A DNA stretch of 64,000 bases. It comes from Rhizodiscina lignyota. Its lineage: Eukaryota. Made by a program: the position numbers and the translations under genes. Positions 9,932-20,855 of this stretch are shown in pieces. The stretch lies in assembly GCA_010015805.1 (NCBI GenBank), contig ML978126.1:806001-870000 (forward strand). Reading direction: 5' to 3'. Within the stretch, counting starts at the first letter, position 1; every line of letters begins with the position of its first letter. Under the pieces are notes generated by a model. The model ran no database searches, was not told the origin of the DNA, and saw only the letters and a list, made by a program, of their open reading frames with translations.

Positions 9932-12043
9932 ATGGACCCTCCGTTGCCAGCTTATGTCTATCATCCGCTCAGGAAAGAGCGAGCGGAAATTCGGCTTCTA
10001 GAACTGCAGCCTGCGCCCGACCTACACCATCCTCTGCGGGGCACCGTCCGGCATAAAGCGCTCAGCGATGCGAAATTCAGCGCCCTTTCCTATACCTGGG
10101 GCGACCAGAAGGAGCATAGGTCAGACATTGAGATCACCTACAAGCACGGCAAGCTGGCCTCGGCTTTGGGAAAGATCTTCCATTCCAAGGCGCAACGGGA
10201 GGCTGAATCGACCGTCTACCGAAAGGATATTGGCAACAGTCTGGCAGCAGCGTTCAGGCATCTTCGCCAGAAGGACAGGCCAGTCACCGTATGGGCAGAC
10301 GCCTTGTGCATTAATCAAGATGACGAAAAAGAGAAATCATGGCAGGTTTCGCTCATGACACGAATATACTCGACATCTATCATGGTGCATACATGGCTTG
10401 GCCCACGCTACAACGAGAGCCCGACTGTAGTTGATGAAATTTCGTCTGCGTTCGCTTTCATTCGTTCCGTCGAACGTCAGGTGCATGCAAGTAGCAAATG
10501 GTCCCTCCTCGCTCACGACAGCTTATGGCTCAACGCCTGCTTTGCACTTGCGCAATCGAAGGTGTGGCACCACCAGGAACACGATGACGAGATAGAACGT
10601 CTCTGCGCTGGATTCGCAGTGGAAATGCGTAGCTCATTGCTTTCGGAGGGATCGTCTAAACGGTACCTTGGCGCTCTCAGGCTTTTATCCCAGATCGAAT
10701 ACTTCTCGCGAGTGTGGATCATACAAGAGGCTGGCAAAGCCCGCGATCTGACTTTCCATTATGGAAAACAGAGAGCGTCGCATAAGTTTGTTTTTCTCTC
10801 ATTATGCTTGGCAAAGGGATTCCTCGCTTCAAGGAGCTCGCTCGAGTCGCGCGAACTTTCAAAAGGGTTTGACTCGAGGTTTTATAGCTGTCTTACCGCA
10901 CGGCGACCCATGCCATTCACAACCGTCCTGCAGCTGGTGTACCTGTCACGGTCGGCCATGCAGCAAGCGACAAATCAACGGGATCTAATCTATGGACTCA
11001 TAGGGCTGGCCGAAGGGCGTGTTGCTATCGAGATCGACTACAGCCTCAGCGTCGAACAGGTGTACACATCAACGGCTCAAATGCTCCTCCGAGAAGGGTT
11101 TACAGACTTGTTGATTGCGTTCAAACCGTACAGTCCGCCTCATGCCTTTCCATCTTGGACTTACGATTGGTCGACGAGGGGGGCGTCGGCGTTCGACAAA
11201 TTCCAAGCTTGCGGGAATACAAAGCAGCAGATATCTTTTGTTCAGCTTCCGGGCTCTCAGCCCAAGCAGGCGATGAGGCTCGGAGGCAGTAGTGTCGGGC
11301 GCATAACTGCCACGGGCCGCCGATTCTCCACTCTAGCCCATGAAGCCGGGTTATCCGCTCAAATGATATGGTCTGGTACTAGGTACGATGAGCATGCACT
11401 GTCGGCGCAAGAGCAGGAGCGTCTCAGGGCGGAAATTGTTCGCGAACAGCGTCGACACCATAATGATGAGACCACCGCAGATGCTGGGGACCTCTTCAGT
11501 GATGTTACGTTTCCGGAGGCTTCATTCTGGCTCTGGTGGACGAAATGGGTGCTGGCGCTTGGGAATTTCTTCGAGGGGACTACACATCAAGAGGCCGACA
11601 GTGACGTATCAGAGGATGTCTTTGAATTGCTTCTGCGAATCGATCCTGCCCGCGGACGTGCTGACCCTTCGATTCCTCGCAGTGCTGGGCGAGCAAAGAA
11701 CTTCCCCGGGCTAACAGACATACGTACGTGGATCGATGCGAAATCCGGCGACCAGACAAGGAACCCTACGACTGCTTCAGCCATTGAAGGAATACTACGT
11801 CCCTACCGCTGGGCCTGGGGCATGCGACCAGTTATTCTGGACACGGGATATATCGGCTACGCCCCCGAGAACACTGAGGTTGACGACGAGATTGTGGTCT
11901 TCTCCAGAGTCAAAGCACCTTTAGTGATCAGAAAGGTGGACAGGCAAGCCCACAAAATCATCGGCCCGGCATACGTGAGCCGAGTGATGCAAGGGCAATT
12001 CTTGAGGACTATCCCGGGAGATCAGACTTTTACGTTGGTTTGA
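9932..12043 (+). CDS. Intact HET-domain protein (PF06985, HET-6-like), ~703 aa, single exon
   Basis: ATG 9932 (MDPPLPAYVYHPL), then EIRLLEL, FSALSYTWG, VWADALCINQ, EKSWQVSLM, YFSRVWIIQE, RDLIYGL, IDY, PSWTYDW and C-terminal IIGPAYV. Confidence 0.9.
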   Translation: MDPPLPAYVYHPLRKERAEIRLLELQPAPDLHHPLRGTVRHKALSDAKFSALSYTWGDQKEHRSDIEITYKHGKLASALGKIFHSKAQREAESTVYRKDIGNSLAAAFRHLRQKDRPVTVWADALCINQDDEKEKSWQVSLMTRIYSTSIMVHTWLGPRYNESPTVVDEISSAFAFIRSVERQVHASSKWSLLAHDSLWLNACFALAQSKVWHHQEHDDEIERLCAGFAVEMRSSLLSEGSSKRYLGALRLLSQIEYFSRVWIIQEAGKARDLTFHYGKQRASHKFVFLSLCLAKGFLASRSSLESRELSKGFDSRFYSCLTARRPMPFTTVLQLVYLSRSAMQQATNQRDLIYGLIGLAEGRVAIEIDYSLSVEQVYTSTAQMLLREGFTDLLIAFKPYSPPHAFPSWTYDWSTRGASAFDKFQACGNTKQQISFVQLPGSQPKQAMRLGGSSVGRITATGRRFSTLAHEAGLSAQMIWSGTRYDEHALSAQEQERLRAEIVREQRRHHNDETTADAGDLFSDVTFPEASFWLWWTKWVLALGNFFEGTTHQEADSDVSEDVFELLLRIDPARGRADPSIPRSAGRAKNFPGLTDIRTWIDAKSGDQTRNPTTASAIEGILRPYRWAWGMRPVILDTGYIGYAPENTEVDDEIVVFSRVKAPLVIRKVDRQAHKIIGPAYVSRVMQGQFLRTIPGDQTFTLV

Positions 12044-12846
12044 GTAGAGACGAGTGCCTCTTTCACCATGCTTTGAGCCTCTCTGACGACATATTGCGAG
12101 GCATTGCTTCCATTGTTGCAGGCAGCCGACCTTATGTATAAGCAAATATAAAAGTTATTAGTAAATAAATCATGAAAGAGACTCCTTTTAAACTAGAACT
12201 AGCGAGGTAGGGCGGATACAAAGACGAGAAGAATTACAGGGAGGAGCGATTTCAGAATAGGATACTCCGTATCCGTATTAGAATTGTGCTTAATCGGTAA
12301 GGATTCTTATCGATAACATAATCCATGCAGCTCAAATAAATAAAACAAGAGTTGGGGCTGGTTCCTGGGCTATGGGACCTTTCACATGCGCCATGATTTC
12401 TTTTCTTAAGACATCGATCAGGATCGACCATCCTCTCGTGACTCTGGGGTATAGAGGGTATTTGTGAACTTAATACTTCCTCCGTATCGTGAAATGCGAA
12501 GAAGTTCGAGGCCCCGTCGGGGTAATTGCATCTCCTGAGTGCTTGCTAAGTCAGTTTTGCGGGTGGAATTCGCCCGTCCATCTCCGCAATATCTTCGACG
12601 TCAGCGGGCGTTTATCGTAGGTACGCGTCCGCGAGAACGGTAACCAACAATTGCCCTTTTCCTACACATAAATTCCTCCGTGGCACAGGACCGCAAGTTG
12701 CACAAGGCTGTCATTCTCCTTCCTCGAATAAATACTGCTCGTGCCAAGTTCAATCGCTTCTTGATTCCGTCTCAACCCATATCTACGAAACGCTGAAAAC
12801 CCCACGGTCTTCTTTCCAAACGCTCAATTCTCATCCAAAACCCGAG

Positions 12847-13868
12847 ATGGCGCCCCAATTAGCCTTCATGGGCCTGGGAAACATGGGCCGCGGCATGTGC
12901 AAGAACCTCGTGGAGAAGGGCAACCTGGACAAGCCGCTCATCCTCTGGAACCGCACGCAGAAGCGCGCCGACGACCTCGCAGCGACGCTCGGCACCAGCG
13001 GCGCCAAAGTCGCATCGACAATCCAGGACGCGGTGAAGCCCGCGGACATCATTTTCATCTGCGTCGGCGACGACAAGGCGGACCGCGAGACCGTCGACAC
13101 CATCACGTCGGTCAACGTCGACGGGAAGCTCATCGTCGACTGCTCGACGGTGCATCCCGACACGACGCTCGAGCTGGAGAGCACGCTGGCCGCGAAGGGC
13201 GCCGCGTTTGTTGCGATGCCTGTGTTCGGCGCGCCGGCCATGGCGGACGCGGGCCAGCTCATTTGCATCATGGCGGGTCCGAAGGACGCACTCGAGAGAG
13301 TGACGCCGTACTGCAAGGGTGTGATGGCCCGCGCCGAGATCAAGTTCCCCGACGAGCCGCAGTCCAAGGCGCCGCTGCTGAAGCTGATCGGGAACAGCAT
13401 GATTTTGCAGATGGTGGAGAGCATTGCGGAGGGGCTGACGCTGGCGGAGAAGAGTGGATTAGGGGCCGATCATTTGCACGAGTGGATTGGTCTGATGTGG
13501 CCTGGTGCGTATCCGGCGTACAGCCAGCGCATGATAAAGGGCGATTATTACAAGAGAGACGAGGTGCGTAATCTCTACTTACGTTTGATATAATGGATGC
13601 TGGAACGTGATTTACTGACCAGGTAGTGCAGCCATTGTTTGCAGTCGATCTGGCACGAAAGGATGCTGGTCACGTCCTTAAAATTGCAGATGATTCAGGC
13701 GCCAAGGTCAGAGCAGTCGAGCTGGTCGATCATCACCTGCTGATGGCGAAGAATTATGCGGGAACGAAAGGCGACTTGGCAGGCATGTATGGCGCAGTAC
13801 GACAGGAGGCAGGACTGGCATACGAGAACGATCCAGAGGACAAAGGAAAGGCCAAGGCTGAAAGTTGA
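12847..13868 (+). CDS. Beta-hydroxyacid dehydrogenase (3-hydroxyisobutyrate/6PGD-like NAD-binding family); 2 exons
   Basis: AFMGLGNMG, WNRT, DCSTVHP, PVFGAP and catalytic LKLIGN. Intron 13564-13631 (GTGCGT..CTGAC..CAG) gives DE-PLFAVDLARKDA. Confidence 0.9.
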
Positions 13869-14190
13869 TTGTCTTTAGATTAGGTACTTGATGAGATTAT
13901 GCGCCATGACACCGCTAAACGGCCTGACGATGCGCTACATAGCTAGAAAGCTAGACAGCAATGACAATAAGCTTGCAGGAACACCTGATAAGGGTTATCA
14001 GCAAGACATCCGACCATTACTAGCGTACATTTTTATCCATCCTTCTGTGTTTCTCGCCATAAACAGCTTCCTTGCAACCGACCTGGCCCAAATGGCCTCT
14101 CCACACTCCACCCGCTCCACCCGCTTAAACCGCAATGCTCATCCCATAGGCCGTGTTCGTATTCGTGTTCGTGTGCGTGAGCACCATTCC

Positions 14191-15425
14191 TTAGACCTCG
14201 GGTTCCTCCCTAACCTTCCTCCTCTCGCTCATGGGCTTGATGAACGTCGACAGATCACCGACGGGAAGCTGGAACGGGAAGTCCATGGCAGCGAGCATGA
14301 TAGCGAAGAAGATCCACCAGCCCAGCGCGCATGTCACGAAGGCGAATGCTCCGGCGGCGGTGAACAAGTCCGTGGCCATTTTCGCGTTGCCGTTTGAGGT
14401 CTGCCAGTACGCGCCGGTGAGGAGGCCAAAGGCGCAAACGAGCGTGAAGAAGATGCCGAAGAAGACGATATTGGTGCGCAGAGCCAGGATCATGTAGAGG
14501 AAGCAGAGGAGACCCATGGCGAGGAGGACGAAGCCTAATGGATGTCAGTTAGCCGATGCTTGAATAGAAGTGGCAGAGTGATGGAAGTATAGCAAGAAGA
14601 GAGGGTGAGGGGGTTTGAATGCGTGCACTTGTCATAAAAGGGGGAGTAGATGCTCACCGAAGCCTGAATTGAACGGAATTGATGTAAGACCAGTAGCTGG
14701 GTTGCTCGGATCCGTGGCGTAGTTGCCGTAGGCGCTGTAGAACGGTTGCAACGTGGCCCCGAAGGCCAGCCAGAAAGCACCGAAGCTGGCGAAGACGACA
14801 AACGGGAAGGTGTTGCCCATTATCCACTACGGAATTATCACTAGGTGCTCCTTCAATGGCAGGAGAGCAAGGGATCAAGATGTCCGACTTACCTCACCAA
14901 GACCGCCGAGGACCATCAGAAGACCGCCAAAGAAGAAATACACTCCGATTGAGGCGCTACCGCCATTAGCACCACGCCAGCCCATAAGATCGCAGGCTAG
15001 CGGGTTCAGGGAGAGCAGGAAGCCGATAAGAGCCCTATGCTATTGTCAGATAAAGAACATAGAAGCGCAATTACTTCGAGTACGATGGTATGGATGCATT
15101 CGAAATGAAAATGGGACCGGAAGGACTCACAGAGGCGTTGGGTTGCCGAAGGTCTTTCGTAGGTCGCCCTTTACTACATTCTGCGGCGACAGGTAGAGTT
15201 TCTCGAATAATTCCGGAGAGATTGAGATGCTTCCCGCAGTCCTAATCTTCCTCAACGCATTTTCTGAATCCAAATCAGCATGAAGATGTTCGTGGTTTTC
15301 TGAGACCAGAAAGGTCAGTATTGTAGTTGCTCTGTACGTCTATGAGTCGCTCTGGAGTTTATACCGTCGTTACTGAAGTCCTTCTCTAACGACGCGCCGT
15401 TCTGATGAGGTTGCTGAGCCGACAT
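14191..15425 (-). CDS. GPR1/FUN34/YaaH acetate transporter (AcpA/Ady2-like); multi-exon
   Basis: Exons encode FGNPTPL, ALIGFLLS, YFFFGG, GNTFPFVVFASFGAFW and ALRTNIVFF. ATG at 15425, TAA at 14193-14191. Confidence 0.9.
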
Positions 15426-17293
15426 TGTTGAAACAGGCTTCAGTACGGTAGAGAAGATATGTGAGAGCAATCAGACACTTATAGAGCTTGAAGCGAGTCG
15501 AGGGTCTCGGCAAAAAATGTAGAGGATGAAACGCCTACACAACGGCGGATCGGGAGCTGGGCTCTCATATATCCCCACGCTTCTATAGCATCATAACCGC
15601 CAGTCTCGAAAGAGGAGACATGCCGGACGAAAGAAGAAAGCTCCATGCTGACGGCTCCGCACGGCATGCTATGATGCCTCAACGCCAGCACGGTCAGTCC
15701 CACGCATAGTACTTGGCCTGCGATAACCATCCACAGCTTCACCGATGTGGAGTCCAGAGTCGGGCATAGCGATCAATTGGGCATATCAACAGGCAGGAAG
15801 CGTGCTTCAACTGCCCCACTGCCCGTGCCATAGCTCCCGGTAGCTCGCTCGGAAGCGCTTCAACGGTTCGAAATAGGAGCTTAGGGCATTGAAGATGCAT
15901 AACGCGGTAAAGCCAGAGATGGGTAGATGTGCAGGAGCCGCCCCAGACTGTCGGGGAGCTTTCTGGGGTCCAAGATGCGCTCGAGACACCGCCAATTGAA
16001 GACTTTTTTTCGCGCCTGCTTTTGGTGGAATTACAAGACGGAAACATGTGCAAGGCGTGGCGCTGACGAATTACGCGCAAGCGGAATGCAGCGCAATCTC
16101 TGGAGCTGCCACAGCTTGAAGCAGTTGAAGTGGTCTGCGTGTCATTCGATTAGAGTCTCCAGGACGGCTGGAAGGGGTTAGCACTGGAGTGACCGGATTG
16201 GCGGAAGGCTTGTCGCGGAGAAGGGGGTGCGGCGGTTTGAGGGAAGGTCGCGAACCAGGTGCGTCGATCTGCCAGCCATTCCGTTTTTGCGGGGAAGCAT
16301 GTCACGATGCTTAATTCCAGTTAATTGCCAGAGAACAGCTACGTCAGCGACTGGGAGAGCGGTGGATGCGGTCCCAGCAAGAGGAACGAAAGCCAGTTGG
16401 TGGTGAAAGAGGAGAAGATCCATGAGCCGAGAGGGGAAGTTTGAGACGCGACGAAATCGTTGATGAATATAGACGAACCTGGGAAAATCCGAGTCACGGG
16501 ATGCAGCACAATGCCCGGCCTATGCCCGTACGCGAAAGCACAGGCAACGAGAGTTTCTGCTCGGGCCAAGGGACCTTGTAGCTGGTGGTTGTTTAGGAAA
16601 GGTCAGAGAGGATCTGGACAGGAGCCACGAGGGCAGCATCCGACGCGAAGGGTCGGGGCATCGGGAGCCTGCAAGCCCAGCAAACAGAGCAAACAGAGCA
16701 AACTCGCGCTCCTTGGCGTGCAAAATCGCTCAGGAGTTTTGTCGGAGCCTGCGGATTTGGACTTCTTCATATACTCTCGACCGATCAGTAATGGGCCGAG
16801 GAGATATGGTCAGCATTATCTCTGCCTCCGCAGCCAGAATACTGTCGACTACTGATGTGGAAAGACTGTCCGTGCAATCGCAATCATCTGACGTACTTCA
16901 GAGCTTTGAATTCCCTCAAAGTGGAGAAATAACGCGCACGTTCAGCCAATCATCACACCGCCTTTTATCGACTTCAGCAAATTCGACCCTGAGGAGCCAA
17001 GTGTTATAGCGCAAACTTCTCACGCGACGCTTAATGTCCAATCCAGTCGTCCGAAAGACTTCCGGGATTCCGGGTTCTATTTGTCGTCAAAAAAGTATAT
17101 ACATCGAAGGTACGTCCAGATCTGTTTTGTGCGACCGCGCAGATCCGTGTTTCCCAAAAGATAAACTCCATGGTCACAGACCAAGGGTATATGTGAACCC
17201 AAACCGAATATAATGTACCTGTTCCAGACAAATGCTCTATTTTGACGCTACTGAAAGTCGTGCCTTCCTTATCACACCTGCAATGAGACTTCC

Positions 17294-19005
17294 TTAGTGA
17301 TGGTGCTGCCGACGACCGTCATGACGATCGTCCTTCTTCAGCATACCGAAGATCTTCGCCAACCACGCTTGGAAAAGGGCCCAGAAGTTGGGGTCCTTGC
17401 TGTCCGGCGGCGGAGGAGCAAGAGTGTGCGACGGCTTCGGTGGCGACTTTGTGCCGGTGGGCTTGTAGCTGCCAGGCTTCGTCGATGTGACAAAGCTAGT
17501 AGGCAGCGCGCTAGTTGTGACTGGTTCAACTGGAATAGAGATGCTCAAGTAGGATGAGAGTGGGACGGAATTTGAGGGGGCGCTTGATGGAGCCGTGATG
17601 GTCGCCGGCAGAGAGATTCCGCTGGGCAGCGATGAGATTGGGACTGGGATGATCGAGACCGTCGAATTGACAATGACGACGATTGAGGTTGTGCTAGCAC
17701 CCTCGAAAGAGCTGGTCACAGCCGGCGCAGTCACAATCGGGCTGACTGGAGTGCTAGCCGATCCCGTGCCAGACGGAGCGCCGTAAGACGGGAAGGTTGG
17801 GTATGAGACTGATGAGCTGCTGATGCCTGTAGCGGCAACAGACGTGCTCACACCAGCGACGGAGACTGATCCTGATCCGACTGGAAACGAGTAAGAGGGA
17901 ATTCCAGTTGGATACGAGGCAGGGGAACTGCTAACTCCGGTACCGGCAACGGAGCTGCTCACACTGGTGCCAATTGGGCCAACAGGAGTGCTACCAGTGC
18001 CGATTGGGATGCTGATGGAGCCAGATCCGATAGGGAAAGAGTATGAATAGCCTCCCGTGGGGTACGGCGGGTATGAACCACTGACTCCAGTACCAAGAGC
18101 CGAGCTGCTGACACTTGTGCTAATCGGTCCAACAGGAGTGCTTCCAGTGCCAATCACTGAGCTGCCCGAACCAGATCCAACTGGATACGGATAAGTCGGG
18201 TATCCTGTGGGATAAGACACAAAGGAGCCGCTCGGGCTGGTACCGATGGGGCCACCAGGAGTAGTGCCGGTACCAAGGGCGGAAGTGCTCACGCCCGCGC
18301 TGGATGAGGTTGGATGGGAAGGAGCAACTGAATAGGTGATTGAAAGGTTTGCGGAGCTGTATGGTCCTGTGGGAATGGTGTAGTATCCCGTACCAGTTGC
18401 ACTTGGTGCAGAAGCCCAGGACAGGGAGAAGGTGGGATATCCAGTTCCCAACCAAGTCGAAGAAGCTGGCGAGGGACTGACTGTTACAGTGGAAATGCTA
18501 ACAGGTGATACTTCAACACTGCTGGAGCTGCTCGACGACGAGGAGCCAGTGCCCACGGGGTATACAGGGTAGCTGACCGAGAGATTGGCAGAGTTGACTG
18601 GTCCCGTGGAGATGGTGGAGTAGATGCCAGAGCTGACAGCACTGCCTCCAGTTGAAATTGGTGCGACTGGTGTTGAGAATCCGGTCCCAGTCGAGATGGG
18701 TGCGACTGGTGTCGAGAATCCAGTCCCAGTAGAGATCGGAGCAACCACGGAGGACGGGGCTGTTACGATCGGGATGGAGCTTGAGATATATTTGTGCGTT
18801 CGTGTGTGCCAGTGGTGGCTATGTTCATGCTGGCCCTGGTTACCGTACCCATATTGAGGAACTATTGGCACTGTCAGTACATATTCAACAAGCGTGGAAA
18901 TATTATGTTTTTCAGTCTCAGGTCAACAATTCTACGTGTGTGTGTGCAAGTCTTACCTGCCAAAGCAGAGCCCAAGAGGCCGAGAAGAGTGATCGTCTGA
19001 AGCAT
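17294..19005 (-). CDS. Secreted Ser/Thr/Pro/Gly-rich repetitive cell-wall-type protein; 2 exons
   Basis: Exon 1 is MLQTITLLGLLGSALA (ATG 19005). An 86-nt intron at 18956-18871 joins it to the 525-codon ORF, which contains internal repeats. Confidence 0.85.
18650..18745 (-). repeat. 39-bp coding tandem repeat (PVAPISTGTGFST) x~2.5
   Basis: GGTGCGACTGGTGT(T/C)GAGAATCC(G/A)GTCCCAGT repeats at a 39-bp period. Confidence 0.8.
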
Positions 19006-20855
19006 TTTCGGCGTTGATAAAGGAATGAAATCGTCACAAAGGCTCAGGTACTGTGTCTTCGACTGTTCTTTTCAGGAAACGAATGGCTCTGCCAAAGGAG
19101 AGATGTGCACACACAGTGGCAAAGGTAATGAACGACTGCTCCCGAAATGGGAAACGACAAAGAGAACGACGGTGGGATGAAGAACGGAAAGGCGGTTGCA
19201 GAGCGGAAGAAGAGGAAGAAGAGCAAATAAAGGAAATCGCAAAGCCATGGAACGTAGGCATGGGTCCCTCATTTCGATGCCTTGGTTGAGAAACTAACCC
19301 AAACAGCGTCTCCTGGCGAGAAGATCCGCAGTCGTATGTGGCTTGCTGGCTTGTGTACCTGCATGTTAACCTTGACAGCTGTCTGGATCTCTGCGGGATG
19401 TGCCATCACATAATCCCGCGGCTGCGGTTAGAGATCATTGCAGGACAGAAAGGTGGGACTGGGCCAAGAGATAATGCTCGACATAGGAGGCTTCCGAGGC
19501 CAGCCGTGTCTGTACTGCAACCAATCCGGTACTCTTGCATCGGGTATCCATAGACGAAGAGAAGTCCTTCCGCTGCTTCTCAGACATCTCCTTGGCCAGT
19601 GACTGCTATTGACATCCGCTCAATTTAGCAATGGGAAGAGAAAAGTGCATTTTCTGTGCTGAGCATGTCTTTCCTCCGCTGTGACCTAGCACGTCAGCAC
19701 ACTCGGAAATTTTGTCGGTTGGCAGACGCCAGTAACGCCATGCAGGCCATTACCGCTGGGATGCATGGGATCTGAGCCACGGGCGCACCGATGCATGAGC
19801 CGCAGTCGAGGAAACAAATCGAGTGTTTCTTGGTGTGTTGGTCCGGGATTGGGAGGTTGTTTGGCAGATGAAAGGAGGTGTAGGTGCGTTTTAGGTTTCG
19901 GCGGGATGGCAGCGTGGTGGCGTCCAGGCCTGGAGCCAGTCATGGCGTGGGATGTGCCCGGCGATCTCTCTCGTCAAACACCGCCGGCGAGGGATTGGAG
20001 ATGACAGGCCCGTCGCCCCCAAAGCGTCTCTTCACGTTTGTTTCGACGACATGCTCATTACGAGAAACATCGGCAGAAAGTCCTACGCCTTCATGTTGCT
20101 TCTTGAGACTCCTCGAATGGGGTTTGCCATCCGAAAAGTGCCCAAAAATGATGTATCACGCTGGACAAGGAAGCCGATTCAGGAGTCCACGTCACCACGA
20201 TAATTGGCTTGACATGTGAAACGACCTCAAAGCTCCACCGGCATCCCGCGCGAGCGCCTCATCTCATTTTCGTTTGCGTCCCGATCGGAGCAGAATTTGG
20301 CGGCCAGCTTGTGCAAGTCGGATGTACTCACCGACTGTAGGCCCGACTCCTCGATCAGGAAAATGTGTCTACGCAATCGACGCTGATATGGTGTGATACC
20401 TGTGGCGAACGAGCATGCTGAGCCTTCGATCTATTTTCGACGACAGTGCAATTAACAGCTGAAGGAGGAGCTGAAAGTGGATCCAGGGTCAGCCAGCTAA
20501 GAAACTCCAAGTTCCTTGAGCGACGGTAAGAACCCAATCCCCAGATCCACGTGGAGGGCGGAGCTCACTCGGCATCTTCCACGGTGACCTTGACTTTGCC
20601 GCATGAAGATCGGCCAATTCATTTAGATTAATCAAAATTACTCCAGCTGGGTCATTTGAGTCATCTCCTTCCTTATCTCGACGCCGAGCCTCTTCGGTCT
20701 TTCATATCAGAAATGCCGACTTCCAACTCATCAGTAGAGTCCTTCTCAAGCATTCAGTGATTTGTTATCTCTCGACAAGCCTTTGTACGGCCGTTACTTT
20801 TCGTTTCCTCCCAGAACGCCTATCCCGAATGACTTTCAGGATGTAGAGACGTAAA

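Noticed and set aside
7482..12275. GATACTCCGTATCCG at 7482 and 12261 as element boundaries
   Set aside because: TACTCCGTA-like words are common in filamentous-ascomycete intergenic DNA and recur elsewhere here (~53489); the flanks do not align.
12831..13571. Long antisense and alternative-frame ORFs over the dehydrogenase (similar shadows occur over CBS, SMC2 and MSH3)
   Set aside because: Expected by-products of GC-rich codon bias in real genes.
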